From the IMG/VR virus record IMGVR_UViG_3300035505_000178: DNA of 64,000 bases. One strand, written 5' to 3'. Position numbers and translations under genes: made by a program. The notes beneath the pieces were generated by a model that was not told where the DNA came from, ran no database searches, and saw only the letters and a list, made by a program, of their open reading frames with translations. Positions 22,611 to 31,793 of the stretch are shown piece after piece; position 1 is the stretch's first letter; each line of letters opens with the position of its first letter. The stretch comes from a virus (taxonomy: Duplodnaviria > Caudoviricetes).

Positions 22611-23027
22611 ATGTTTGAGTTTAAAAATATTAAAAGTAACAAGACTTACACTCTCAATGAGATTGATAAGATTGCTGCTAACTTTTGGAAAGTTAAGGTA
22701 GATGAACACGATTATGCTCGTCCTAAATCTTATGGATTTGGTGCTATGAACTGGTTTGATGTTCTTGGTCACGCGATTGAAGACTTACAATATTTCCAAA
22801 CTAAGTGTTTAGATGGTAAACTACACTATCATAAAACTTGTGGAAGTGATGAGTCAGGCAATCCAATGTTCGACTTTGGTAGGATTGCAAAGCAGCTAAT
22901 CTTTAACTGTGCTTCATCTGATACTATCGACAGTCTTGAGTCTGGACTCAAGTGGTGCAAGCCTTATATTGAGTTATGCTATCACCTCAAGTCTATGGAC
23001 ATTGTTGGTGTAGCAATGGGTTGGTAA
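22611..23027 (+). CDS. hypothetical protein (family with 24378, 25655)
   Basis: EID…FW…WFDVLG…KPYIEL shared motifs. Confidence 0.75.
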   Translation: MFEFKNIKSNKTYTLNEIDKIAANFWKVKVDEHDYARPKSYGFGAMNWFDVLGHAIEDLQYFQTKCLDGKLHYHKTCGSDESGNPMFDFGRIAKQLIFNCASSDTIDSLESGLKWCKPYIELCYHLKSMDIVGVAMGW

Positions 23028-23170
23028 AAAATAAAAGGCTAATCTCACTTCGGTGGGGTTAGCCAAACAATAATAAATAAATGTATATGAAAGAATTAGA
23101 AACTGCATGGGAAAACATTGTTCTATTTATTAACTTAGAGGTAATCTGGTATTACAAAAATCTCGCAGCC

Positions 23171-23258
23171 ACTATGGTTGAGTGAGGAGAGATTTATCCT
23201 ACCGTGAGGAGGTTCCCTTTTGCGTGATGAGGGGTAATTCGACGCAACCACCGATAGT
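23171..23258 (+). ncRNA. candidate structured RNA (multi-branch junction)
   Basis: ACTAT-GGTTG…CAACC-ATAGT closing stem with three internal hairpins; GC-rich intergenic. Confidence 0.45.
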
Positions 23259-23363
23259 AATTATCTTATGGAGGCCTAAACCTGGAGATACAAACGAATA
23301 AAGATCCCAGAGTAAGTTTGACTTAAGCGGAGTTGGAATTTCCTTCTCCGCTTATTTAATAAT

Positions 23364-23400
23364 ACTGTCACACCATAAGGTGTCTGATTAAGACGAAACA
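23364..23400 (+). ncRNA. variant/degenerate hammerhead-like element
   Basis: TGTC^ACACC-ATAA-GGTGT CTGATTA AGAC GAAACA; stem II missing and G8 changed. Confidence 0.5.
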
Positions 23401-23417
23401 TAAATAAATAAATAAAT

Positions 23418-23720
23418 ATGAGAAAAGAAATGTACAATGGTCATACCTACGAGGTAGAGTATAAACCAGAACTATCAAATCCTTTTATGTATACACGTAA
23501 ACATGTATATCATATTAAGAGTGACAACGAGAACTATCCATCAGCACATCGCGATATTATGAAAATAATGAACGATGGCTCTTGGACTGCTGGGCAGAGA
23601 GCATTAGAACTTAAAAAGTCTAACTCTATGCAAAATAATTTACATACTTATCATGAATTTGATTATGATGAGAAATTAGATGTATATGTTTACACATTAA
23701 TAATGCCTTATGACGATTAG
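23418..23720 (+). CDS. hypothetical protein
   Basis: ORF track; AAATAAATA leader. Confidence 0.75.
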   Translation: MRKEMYNGHTYEVEYKPELSNPFMYTRKHVYHIKSDNENYPSAHRDIMKIMNDGSWTAGQRALELKKSNSMQNNLHTYHEFDYDEKLDVYVYTLIMPYDD

Positions 23721-23949
23721 ATTACTTGATTTTGCAGCAAACGAACATTTCGTAGAAATCCCAGATGATACGGAAGAGTTAGTAATAGACATAGTTTCAG
23801 GAGATATGATATTACAGTCTCCTGTATACTATGATACTTGTAAAGAAGATAGAGCTTTGGACTTTTATGACGGAACAGCAGTTCTTAATAAAGAGGATTT
23901 CTCTAAATTAAACGAGATTGAAGAAGCGTTTGAAATATTATATATATAA
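23710..23949 (+). CDS. hypothetical acidic protein
   Basis: ORF track, overlapping upstream gene. Confidence 0.7.
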   Translation: MTIRLLDFAANEHFVEIPDDTEELVIDIVSGDMILQSPVYYDTCKEDRALDFYDGTAVLNKEDFSKLNEIEEAFEILYI

Positions 23950-23961
23950 ACGAATAAATAA

Positions 23962-24381
23962 ATGGAACAGAAAAAGTTTTTAAAAGGTCTCTGTGCTAAC
24001 ATTGCAGTAAGACCCGACAAGTTGTATGAGATGATTACAAATGCTACTAGTAGTACTGGTAGTATCTTGAGAGTGTATCAATTCTTATCTGGCGAATTGG
24101 ATGAGCCAGTAGAGTTTAACGATAAAGACAGAGTAAAAGTAAACTTCAAGTCTTACGATGTCTTAACTGATACTGTAAAATATTGGTACATCCGTAAACA
24201 GACTAGATACTTTAGATCTGTTGCAGATGCTGAGGAGTATAAAGTAGATGGTACAGTTTATGAGTATGCTCCTGGCAGCTACTCATGTACTGATAACTAT
24301 CAGATTGCGAGAGACATCATGTTTAAAGTTAACAACAGTTGCAGTCTTGAAGATTGGAACAACAACACATTTAAGCTGTGA
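23962..24381 (+). CDS. hypothetical protein
   Basis: ORF track. Confidence 0.75.
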   Translation: MEQKKFLKGLCANIAVRPDKLYEMITNATSSTGSILRVYQFLSGELDEPVEFNDKDRVKVNFKSYDVLTDTVKYWYIRKQTRYFRSVADAEEYKVDGTVYEYAPGSYSCTDNYQIARDIMFKVNNSCSLEDWNNNTFKL

Positions 24382-24725
24382 TGTTTGCAATTAAGAAAAA
24401 TAGCGAGTTTGTCTCATTTGATGAGATAGACTCGCTTGCATCTAAGTTTTGGGATACTCCAGGAACAGAGTATAAGTATGTATCACCTATTGGTTATTCA
24501 ATGCCTGGAAATGACTGGTATGAAGTAATAGGTTATCTAACTGCTAAACAAAAAGTAGGAGAGGTTTCACCATATAAGCTTATTGGTGCAATGGCATCAA
24601 TAGCTGCTATTAGTGAGCCTAACTATGAGTGTATAATTCAATCATTAAAGTGGTATAAACCTTATATTGATCTGGTTTTGGAACTGGATCGTTTAGGTTA
24701 TGTATTTGTAAGTATTGAAGGATGA
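24378..24725 (+). CDS. hypothetical protein (family with 22611)
   Basis: DEID…FW…WYEVIG…KPYIDL. Confidence 0.75.
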   Translation: MMFAIKKNSEFVSFDEIDSLASKFWDTPGTEYKYVSPIGYSMPGNDWYEVIGYLTAKQKVGEVSPYKLIGAMASIAAISEPNYECIIQSLKWYKPYIDLVLELDRLGYVFVSIEG

Positions 24726-24898
24726 AACTAGATAAAAAGATGCTAGAGACTATGAAGTCTATTAAAAGGGAGAATTTAATTAGAGAAATTACTCCCGAAA
24801 TGTTGAAAGCTGAAATCGAGAAGTGCATGGAACAAGGCATGACTTATGAGGAAGCTTGTGCTGAATGGGATGTTTCCGATGAGGAAAATACTATATAA
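24722..24898 (+). CDS. small hypothetical protein (58 aa)
   Basis: ATGA overlap; MKLDKKMLETMKSIKRE…. Confidence 0.6.
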   Translation: MKLDKKMLETMKSIKRENLIREITPEMLKAEIEKCMEQGMTYEEACAEWDVSDEENTI

Positions 24899-24923
24899 TT
24901 TAAAACTTAGGTTTTATTTAATC

Positions 24924-24946
24924 TGGCGGCTCGGAAAGACGAGCAT
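24924..24946 (+). promoter_or_regulatory. leader hairpin TGGCG-GCTCG-GAAAGA-CGAGC-AT (copy 1)
   Basis: Second copy with compensatory change at 25084. Confidence 0.55.
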
Positions 24947-24969
24947 CTAACTTTATAAATAGTTATAAT

Positions 24970-25071
24970 ATGAAAAGATCAACTAATCACGTTGCTCCTG
25001 CAACTGTGAAAGCTGGTAGTACTAAAACTGCTCCAGCTGCGTGTGGAACCGCATGTGGTTCAGGTGATTAA
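24970..25071 (+). CDS. 33-aa ACGX-repeat-like peptide (MKRSTNHVAPATVKAGSTKTAPAACGTACGSGD)
   Basis: Manual translation; AT-rich leader; ACGT-ACGS C-terminus. Confidence 0.65.
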   Translation: MKRSTNHVAPATVKAGSTKTAPAACGTACGSGD

Positions 25072-25083
25072 CTCTCGAAAGAG

Positions 25084-25107
25084 TGGCTGCTAGGAATAGA
25101 CTAGCAT
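25084..25107 (+). promoter_or_regulatory. leader hairpin TGGCT-GCTAG-GAATAGA-CTAGC-AT (copy 2)
   Basis: Matches 24924-24946. Confidence 0.55.
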
Positions 25108-25134
25108 TTTTAACAATTCAAAAAATTAAAGAAA

Positions 25135-25461
25135 ATGAAGAAATTTAGATTGGAAAGCCAGAAACAGACTCTGGCAAAGAACGTATATTACGTAAACAAG
25201 GAGTTTATCAAGTATGAGAAAGTGAGAACTTTAGATGCCATTATTGGAGCTATTAATGTTGATTTAGGCATTCTACTTAGCAGAGAAACTCTATTAGGTA
25301 TGATTCGAGACAGTGAGAAAGCTCCTGTTGACGGAACATTCATTGAGAATACTCGCATCTTGGTTGAAACAGAATGTCAATACTATAAGATTACAACTGG
25401 TGAAACTAATGTAGTCTTAGTTTGGTGCGAGTTTGATTCTGAAAAGAAGGATAAGCAATAG
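25135..25461 (+). CDS. hypothetical protein (TAG stop)
   Basis: ORF track. Confidence 0.7.
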   Translation: MKKFRLESQKQTLAKNVYYVNKEFIKYEKVRTLDAIIGAINVDLGILLSRETLLGMIRDSEKAPVDGTFIENTRILVETECQYYKITTGETNVVLVWCEFDSEKKDKQ

Positions 25462-25654
25462 GTATCAGCTGGGTTGAAATTCCCGTGCAGTGGCACGAAA
25501 TCCCTCAAGAAGTAGTAACCTTGACGTGGTTTGAGGGCATTAACTAATAACTACTCACCAAAATTCAACTAAAAACATAATTTATAGATTTTTGGTGATT
25601 ATAGAGAGACTCTTAGAGTCTCTCTTTTAAAAAGAAATTTAAATAAATAAATAT

Positions 25655-25996
25655 ATGCTTAGATTTAACATTTACAACAAGAACGGAGAGATTATTACTC
25701 TTCGTGACCTTGACAAAGAAATTTGTCAGATGTGGAATCAGCCGTTACTAGAAGGAGTTTCTGCTCCAACTGGTTTACATGATTCTTGGTACCAAATCCT
25801 AGTTTATTGTATCAATGCACATCAGTACGTTGGTTTAGTATGTTGGGAAGCAATGATCGGTGTCTTAGCGAGTGCAAGTGCTATTGAAGTTAAAGACGTT
25901 GAAGAATTTGATAAGGTTTTAAAATATTATAAACCTTATATCAAAGTATTTATTGAATTTAACAAAAAAGGTTATCAACTTGTAACAACTAAATAG
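25655..25996 (+). CDS. hypothetical protein (family with 22611; TAG stop)
   Basis: DLD…MW…SWYQIL…KPYIKV. Confidence 0.75.
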   Translation: MLRFNIYNKNGEIITLRDLDKEICQMWNQPLLEGVSAPTGLHDSWYQILVYCINAHQYVGLVCWEAMIGVLASASAIEVKDVEEFDKVLKYYKPYIKVFIEFNKKGYQLVTTK

Positions 25997-26128
25997 TATG
26001 TACTCAGTTATAGACACGACAGGCGCAATCTTAAGAACGTTCATGACTTATAGACAAGCTTATACTTGGATAATAATAATGAATCGTTTTGATTGGGAAA
26101 TTAAATTAAATAAATAAATAAATTAATT

Positions 26129-26362
26129 ATGTTTGAAAATTTACAAAATGCTATTCAGACAACAATTTGTTTGATAGTGTATGCTTTTGAAGCAATCGTG
26201 AAGGTAATTCTCCTCATTATAGGAGTAGTGATAACACTTATTTGCAGTATCTTCGGAAAGAAGATTCCAGCAATATTTACAGAATATGCTGTAAATTTTG
26301 CACCTGCTTATAAGTATAATCTGTGCAAGCAGTTGTTTGACTATTATTTCAATCGTAGATAA
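26129..26362 (+). CDS. small membrane protein
   Basis: Hydrophobic N-terminal half. Confidence 0.65.
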   Translation: MFENLQNAIQTTICLIVYAFEAIVKVILLIIGVVITLICSIFGKKIPAIFTEYAVNFAPAYKYNLCKQLFDYYFNRR

Positions 26363-26547
26363 TGTATAGTCTTCGTATAATCTCTCCAAATGGTACTCAA
26401 ACAAACGAGTACCTTGGAGAGTCATACTCTAAGTATGTCGAGAACGGGAAAAAAGTCATTGAGACTTCTAATCACAAGTTCATTTTAAATCCCGAAAATA
26501 AGAACTTTATTGTAACCAAAGAGGGAACAACTTACGAAAAACTATAA
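26362..26547 (+). CDS. hypothetical protein
   Basis: ORF track, TAATG coupling. Confidence 0.65.
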   Translation: MYSLRIISPNGTQTNEYLGESYSKYVENGKKVIETSNHKFILNPENKNFIVTKEGTTYEKL

Positions 26548-26550
26548 AAC

Positions 26551-26859
26551 ATGTCAAAGAAAGAAAAAGAGTTCACAGCTGTTGTGAATATATTCAGACT
26601 GAGAAGGTCAGCTGATTACAAAGATTATCGCGAGTTCATAAGAAGATATTATTCTTATAGTAAACTTCCAATCTTGCTTTTACAGCATGGATTGGGAAAA
26701 GTGGTTGGTAATCAGGTAGAGTTTAGCAAAGAACCATTACACATAAGCAAGATAGAAAAATGTCTGTATATTTGCAGACAGCAAAATTACAAATTGACTG
26801 AGGAAGAGTGCATCAAGTATCTCAAGAACCTTGGTTACAAAATTTTTAAGGAGTTATGA
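26551..26859 (+). CDS. hypothetical protein
   Basis: ORF track. Confidence 0.7.
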   Translation: MSKKEKEFTAVVNIFRLRRSADYKDYREFIRRYYSYSKLPILLLQHGLGKVVGNQVEFSKEPLHISKIEKCLYICRQQNYKLTEEECIKYLKNLGYKIFKEL

Positions 26860-27143
26860 TATTTGTTATACTATCGCTGTTGTTCCTGTCTTCATGTATA
26901 GATGTTGACAGGAACATTTCTAACATCCTTAAGGTAGATAATAATATTGAACTTACAGAGAATGTTCCGTTTAACCTAGATCTTGTTACTAATGTAAATT
27001 GTAAACAAGGATTCTATTGGTGTACTTATGATAAAGATACAGTTGTATCAATGGATAGAGACACCTATGAATTTCTAATTAACGGATATGAGAGATTTAA
27101 ACTTTATGTTTATAATGGATCATACATTTTAACTTATTATTAA
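26856..27143 (+). CDS. putative lipoprotein
   Basis: Signal peptide ending LSSC. Confidence 0.6.
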   Translation: MIFVILSLLFLSSCIDVDRNISNILKVDNNIELTENVPFNLDLVTNVNCKQGFYWCTYDKDTVVSMDRDTYEFLINGYERFKLYVYNGSYILTYY

Positions 27144-27187
27144 AATGGCTTTAATTTGGATAATTTTCATATTATTATTTATCTATT

Positions 27188-27406
27188 ATGGATGCAGAAA
27201 TACTAAAAAAAGGAAATGAGCTACAAGGCAAAATAAAGTCCATTAAGTTTTTAATTAAACTCTTAGAACAAGAACATCCTACTGCTTTTAAGTTAGGTGA
27301 AGCTATCTATGAGTTTATGGATATGGATCCTGCTTATAAGGATTTAATATTGAAAACTGCTGAAAGTTGTCAAGCTCGATTAGAACGTGAATTTGAAAAT
27401 CTATAA
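27188..27406 (+). CDS. hypothetical protein
   Basis: ORF track. Confidence 0.7.
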   Translation: MDAEILKKGNELQGKIKSIKFLIKLLEQEHPTAFKLGEAIYEFMDMDPAYKDLILKTAESCQARLEREFENL

Positions 27407-27425
27407 ACACTTCTTCTGCTTAGTC

Positions 27426-27470
27426 AGGGATTCGTTGGACATTAAGTTGAAAAACGAATCCCTATTTTTT
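27426..27470 (+). terminator. probable terminator
   Basis: AGGGATTCGTT…AACGAATCCCT-ATTTTTT. Confidence 0.55.
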
Positions 27471-27738
27471 GATTATGGACAAAATAATTTTACCTAATAC
27501 ATTGCAAGTAGACAGAGTTGAAGGCAATGTAATTTATCTGAAACCAGGACCTTATCAAGTAGAGACATTACCAAAATTTAATATTGGTGATCATGTTATT
27601 TACAAAGGAAACACTGTAACAATTGTAGGAATATACTATAATGGTATTAAATTGTTATATACTCTTCGAGTTAATCAATTTGAAGATGACATACAATATG
27701 TAGAGGAGGAAGAATTACATGAAAAGATGGATCGTTAA
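27469..27738 (+). CDS. hypothetical protein (SH3/YorP-like C-terminus)
   Basis: PKFNIGDHV…TIVGI…YTL…EEEL. Confidence 0.6.
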   Translation: MIMDKIILPNTLQVDRVEGNVIYLKPGPYQVETLPKFNIGDHVIYKGNTVTIVGIYYNGIKLLYTLRVNQFEDDIQYVEEEELHEKMDR

Positions 27739-27916
27739 TAAGGAAGTACCTCAACTTACAGTTGGAGATTTAGTAACAATATTGTTACAATGTCCAGAAG
27801 ATGCTAAAGTCTTTGCCAGTTCAGGATTTGAATATGACAAAGCTTATTCTGTAGAACTTCAAACAGATAATACTTTATACATATGTGCGAAAAAACTGAA
27901 ATGTTCCGAGAAATAG
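27719..27916 (+). CDS. hypothetical protein
   Basis: LTVGDLV..L..CPEDAKV motif. Confidence 0.6.
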   Translation: MKRWIVNKEVPQLTVGDLVTILLQCPEDAKVFASSGFEYDKAYSVELQTDNTLYICAKKLKCSEK

Positions 27917-28170
27917 TGGACGAAATGGCAGATTTATATGCTGCTAAGAACTCAGATTATGATGATTCATTTGGTAAATCATTTGAAGAGTATGGTGCTT
28001 ATGCATCTACACAACGTTTAAATGATAAATTAAATAGAATCAAACAACTTCTAAAAACTAACGACGCAAAAGTTAAAACAGAATCGGTGGTCGATACTCT
28101 AACCGATTTGGCATGCTATGCGATAATGTTAAGAATTGAAATCGAAAAACATAATGGGAAACTTGAGTAA
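27883..28170 (+). CDS. DUF1599 / nucleotide-modification-associated domain protein
   Basis: KNSDYDDSF…RLNDKLNR…ESVVDTLTDLACYAIM. Confidence 0.8.
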   Translation: MCEKTEMFREIVDEMADLYAAKNSDYDDSFGKSFEEYGAYASTQRLNDKLNRIKQLLKTNDAKVKTESVVDTLTDLACYAIMLRIEIEKHNGKLE

Positions 28171-28771
28171 TTGGGCAAGAAAAGAAATTGAACTTGCTTG
28201 TAAAAAAGAAGACGAATATGGAAGAGGATGTTATGAATCAGCACTAAAAGCATACGAAAGTTTGTTAGGTGATGGTCATAGCGGATTCTCTTTTAATTGT
28301 ACTAAGTGGATTCTTATTAGATTAATGAACTCACTTCCACTTTCACCTATTAAAGAAGAGGACTTTGAGGATGCTGTTGTTTCTCATATGGAAGATAAAG
28401 ATTCTTATCAATGTCCTAGAATGTCTTCTCTGTTTAAAGACATAGACCTTAAAGGTAATATTACTTATCATGATGTAAATCGTTCTTACTGTATAAATAT
28501 TGACAATGAAGATGACACGTTTGGTTGTTTTCTTGATAAAGTAGTAGACGATTTATATCCGATTAGTATGCCTTACAGTCCTGAGATTGAAAAGTTTAAA
28601 GTCTATGTAAGACAATTTGTAAAAGGAAATACTGAATATATGGGAGTTATTAAAGTGACTACACCTAAAGGTGATACTATCTATATTAATGGATGGTTGT
28701 TTAAATCAATTGATAATGGTCCTTGTTTCCGTATTACAAGAGAAGAATTTGAAGAAGCATGGAGGAAATAA
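28136..28771 (+). CDS. hypothetical protein (family with 38455; likely start MGNL)
   Basis: GHSGFS…PLSPI…QCPRMSSLFK…YPISMPY. Confidence 0.7.
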   Translation: MKSKNIMGNLSNWARKEIELACKKEDEYGRGCYESALKAYESLLGDGHSGFSFNCTKWILIRLMNSLPLSPIKEEDFEDAVVSHMEDKDSYQCPRMSSLFKDIDLKGNITYHDVNRSYCINIDNEDDTFGCFLDKVVDDLYPISMPYSPEIEKFKVYVRQFVKGNTEYMGVIKVTTPKGDTIYINGWLFKSIDNGPCFRITREEFEEAWRK

Positions 28772-29088
28772 TTGTCTGTATTATAGCATTAATTGTAGTA
28801 GGTATAGCAGCATATAAATCTAACAAGATTATATCTGACTGTACCGAAACAGTTAATGATGCTACCTTTAGAATTGCAGTACTTGAAACACAATTATCTA
28901 GATACGATTGGAATTATGGAATTATCTCACAAGATGATCGTAAAATCGTACTTGTAAAATATGAGGATGGTACTGTTAGTATAGCTAAAACATTTTGTGG
29001 TAAATTTATTGATCAATATCTGAAAAGAGAAGATCAACCAATAGCATACAATGAATATGTCACTAGAGATATTAAAAACTGTATTTAA
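28759..29088 (+). CDS. N-terminally anchored membrane protein
   Basis: ORF track; N-terminal TM. Confidence 0.65.
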   Translation: MEEIIVCIIALIVVGIAAYKSNKIISDCTETVNDATFRIAVLETQLSRYDWNYGIISQDDRKIVLVKYEDGTVSIAKTFCGKFIDQYLKREDQPIAYNEYVTRDIKNCI

Positions 29089-29387
29089 CTTTTTAAGTGG
29101 ATATTATATTTATGAGCAACATGTTAGGGGAACTAGGTGAAGTTATAGTCTTTATTGTTAAAGCTGCTTCAATACTGTTTTATGTAGTATGTTTTTTAAT
29201 TTTACTTTTAATAGGACTTTTGATATATGTCTTTTGGTAAAGTTAAGATTTGGTTAGAGAATAAATTTTATAAAGATAACCATAAAAAATATCACAAGTA
29301 TTGTAAAGAATGGTTAGATAATTTACTTCCTCACCAATTAAAAGGATTTGAAAAACAGATGTATAATGACGAAAATAATATTTTAAG

Positions 29388-29726
29388 ATGGGATTAGATG
29401 TTGGTATAGATAAAGTCAAAAAGACTGAAATCAGTTATATCCGAAAAGCCTATTTTTTACAAGAATGGCTTTATAAAAGAGGGTATGAAGTTGATAATAA
29501 CAATAGACTTGAGTTAAGAAAACCTCTTGTTGAAATGTTAATTGCCGATTGTAAAGCAGTTGTGGAAGATAATACTTTAGCTGCAAAACTTCTTGAGAAT
29601 CCAGATAGAGAATATGATACTTTCTATTTTAATACTGTTAAATGGGTTCTTGATGTGTTAGAAAAAGTACTTCCAGAATTTGATAATTTGGAAGATGATG
29701 AACAAATTACAATAAGATTTTATTAA
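29388..29726 (+). CDS. hypothetical phage protein (MGLD family)
   Basis: MGLD…EISYIRKA. Confidence 0.7.
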   Translation: MGLDVGIDKVKKTEISYIRKAYFLQEWLYKRGYEVDNNNRLELRKPLVEMLIADCKAVVEDNTLAAKLLENPDREYDTFYFNTVKWVLDVLEKVLPEFDNLEDDEQITIRFY

Positions 29727-29727
29727 A

Positions 29728-30357
29728 ATGAAAGAAAAGCAAATTACAGTTTCTATTGAAACTGCAATGGATTGGTACAATAGTTCAATTCCTCAATTAA
29801 AAGAACTTGCTTTAAGTATATTTCCAGAAGAAGAATTAAATGAAATCTGGAAACAAGTTACTACATTTGAGGATGCACTTAGAATATGTAATCTTGATGC
29901 AAAAGGAGATGTAACTGATGATTTAGAAATTATTGAACACAATTTTCCTTTTAATCATAAGCAAATTCTTAATTTTTATAAACTTTTTATTGTACATAGA
30001 GCCCTTAATGGAGATACATGGGATCCTTTTGAAACAGAAATTTATGTTCCACTCGTTCATATTTTTAATGATATTGATTCATGTAATAGGTTTGTAAAAG
30101 GTGAAGACTCTTATAATGTTGTACCTATAGATGATGATGACACAATATTTTATTTGGTAGGAGGAGATTGTTATCAACAAAATGATATTTTCAAATCAGG
30201 AGATTGTATATTTTCAATGGCAAATATATGTTGTAAATCAGAAAAAATAGCAAGACATTTTAGTACATATTTCCCAGATCTTTTATACAATGTCTATTAT
30301 GGAAAAACTGTAAATACAATTTGGACTTTAAAAAAAGAGAACAATGATAAATGTTAA
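29728..30357 (+). CDS. hypothetical protein, family A (with 30766, 33107)
   Basis: TFEDAL…ALN…LVGG…CCKSEKIARH. Confidence 0.75.
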   Translation: MKEKQITVSIETAMDWYNSSIPQLKELALSIFPEEELNEIWKQVTTFEDALRICNLDAKGDVTDDLEIIEHNFPFNHKQILNFYKLFIVHRALNGDTWDPFETEIYVPLVHIFNDIDSCNRFVKGEDSYNVVPIDDDDTIFYLVGGDCYQQNDIFKSGDCIFSMANICCKSEKIARHFSTYFPDLLYNVYYGKTVNTIWTLKKENNDKC

Positions 30358-30769
30358 GAAAATAGAAATTCCTGAAGGATATGAATTTGAATGCATTAAA
30401 GATCGTAAAATCATACTTTCTGATATGGCAGGATTTCCAACAACCTATGATGATTGTTTTAAATATTTAAATTTCATTACTGGTGTAGGAGGTTCAAATT
30501 TTGTTCCTGATAATTGTAAAGAACCTATAGAAGCTTTGTGTAAACTTCTTATATGTCGTAATGCTTGGTGGAAGATGGATGAACATTATCGTCCAGATTT
30601 CAACGATCATCTTATAATAAAGTACACAATTAAATGTTATAAAAATAATATTGTCAATTCTCAAACTACTATTGAAAGTTGTATATTAGCTTTCAGAACA
30701 GAAGAGATTAGAAATAGATTTTACAAAACGTTCAAGGATTTAATTGAACAAGCTAAAACATTAATATGA
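30344..30769 (+). CDS. hypothetical protein, family B (with 31768, 32637)
   Basis: ALCKLLICRNAWWK…LAFRTEEIR…FKDLIEQAK. Confidence 0.75.
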   Translation: MINVKKIEIPEGYEFECIKDRKIILSDMAGFPTTYDDCFKYLNFITGVGGSNFVPDNCKEPIEALCKLLICRNAWWKMDEHYRPDFNDHLIIKYTIKCYKNNIVNSQTTIESCILAFRTEEIRNRFYKTFKDLIEQAKTLI

Positions 30770-31365
30770 CAAAAATAATAGTTGATCTTAGTTTAGGTAA
30801 AGCCGTTAATTGGTATAATAGCGGTAATAAAATTCTTAAAGAATTGGCTCTTCAAGCTTATGATGAATCACAACTCTCAGGTGAAACATGGGTAAACATT
30901 AAAACCTTTGATGATGCTTGTAAATTTCTGAATATTTTTGGAATAGACGAAGTTACTAAAATAAATGTTCCTCATACTCTTATAAAAGAACATCTCAATG
31001 CAATATTTAAAATAGACATTATAAGAGAAGCGTTAAACGGAAATAAATACAATTCAGAAGTTTTTTATCCTTGGGTTAGATTTTACAAGGATGTTAAAGA
31101 AGCAGAAGAGGATTGTAAAGAATATGGATGGACTATACAATCAGATATTAACATTAATAATACTCTATATCATGTTGTTAGTGGAGATTCTTATAGTATG
31201 AGTGAAGGATTTATTAATCTTTATGATAATCTTGGAGCAACTTATGCTGATATGGGTTTATTTGGTTGTAGAACTAAAGAAATTGCTGAACATATGAGCA
31301 ATTATTTCTGGAAAGAGGTTATTGATGCTTGTTATTGTCATTTAGGTAATTATTCGTGGTGTTAG
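30766..31365 (+). CDS. hypothetical protein, family A (TAG stop)
   Basis: TFDDAC…EIAEHMS. Confidence 0.75.
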   Translation: MTKIIVDLSLGKAVNWYNSGNKILKELALQAYDESQLSGETWVNIKTFDDACKFLNIFGIDEVTKINVPHTLIKEHLNAIFKIDIIREALNGNKYNSEVFYPWVRFYKDVKEAEEDCKEYGWTIQSDININNTLYHVVSGDSYSMSEGFINLYDNLGATYADMGLFGCRTKEIAEHMSNYFWKEVIDACYCHLGNYSWC

Positions 31366-31544
31366 CTTGGTTTGTTATAATTATATTTGTGTATTTCATT
31401 TATTTAGAAGATCACAATGACTGAAGTATTTCTTTGTTCTATAATTGCACTTTTGATATGTGGAGCTGCTACAGCATTTGTATGTTGTAAAGAAAACGAA
31501 TATCGAAAAGAATTAGAAGAACTGAAACGTAAACTTAAAGAAAA

Positions 31545-31793
31545 ATGATTGCAGCAATAATTATCATAGTTCTTATAGTTTTTATAATTTTTACATTTGA
31601 CGAATCTGATAATAAAGAAATTACTTGGTTAAATACCAAAGTTAAAGAGTTAGAAGAAGAAAATCTTAATTTAGAACGTCAGTTAAAAAATTATGATGTT
31701 GAAATTAAGCATCTTAGAAGAATGTTAAGTGTATATGAAGAATATGAAAGATTTAAATTGAAAAGAGATGAAAAATCAAATAAAAATTCCTGA
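31545..31793 (+). CDS. membrane-anchored coiled-coil protein
   Basis: N-terminal TM + heptads. Confidence 0.65.
   Translation: MIAAIIIIVLIVFIIFTFDESDNKEITWLNTKVKELEEENLNLERQLKNYDVEIKHLRRMLSVYEEYERFKLKRDEKSNKNS

Noticed and set aside
22585-26128. AAATAAATAAA repeats before early genes as a novel element
   Set aside because: Consistent with ordinary A-rich, Shine-Dalgarno-less Bacteroidetes translation leaders.
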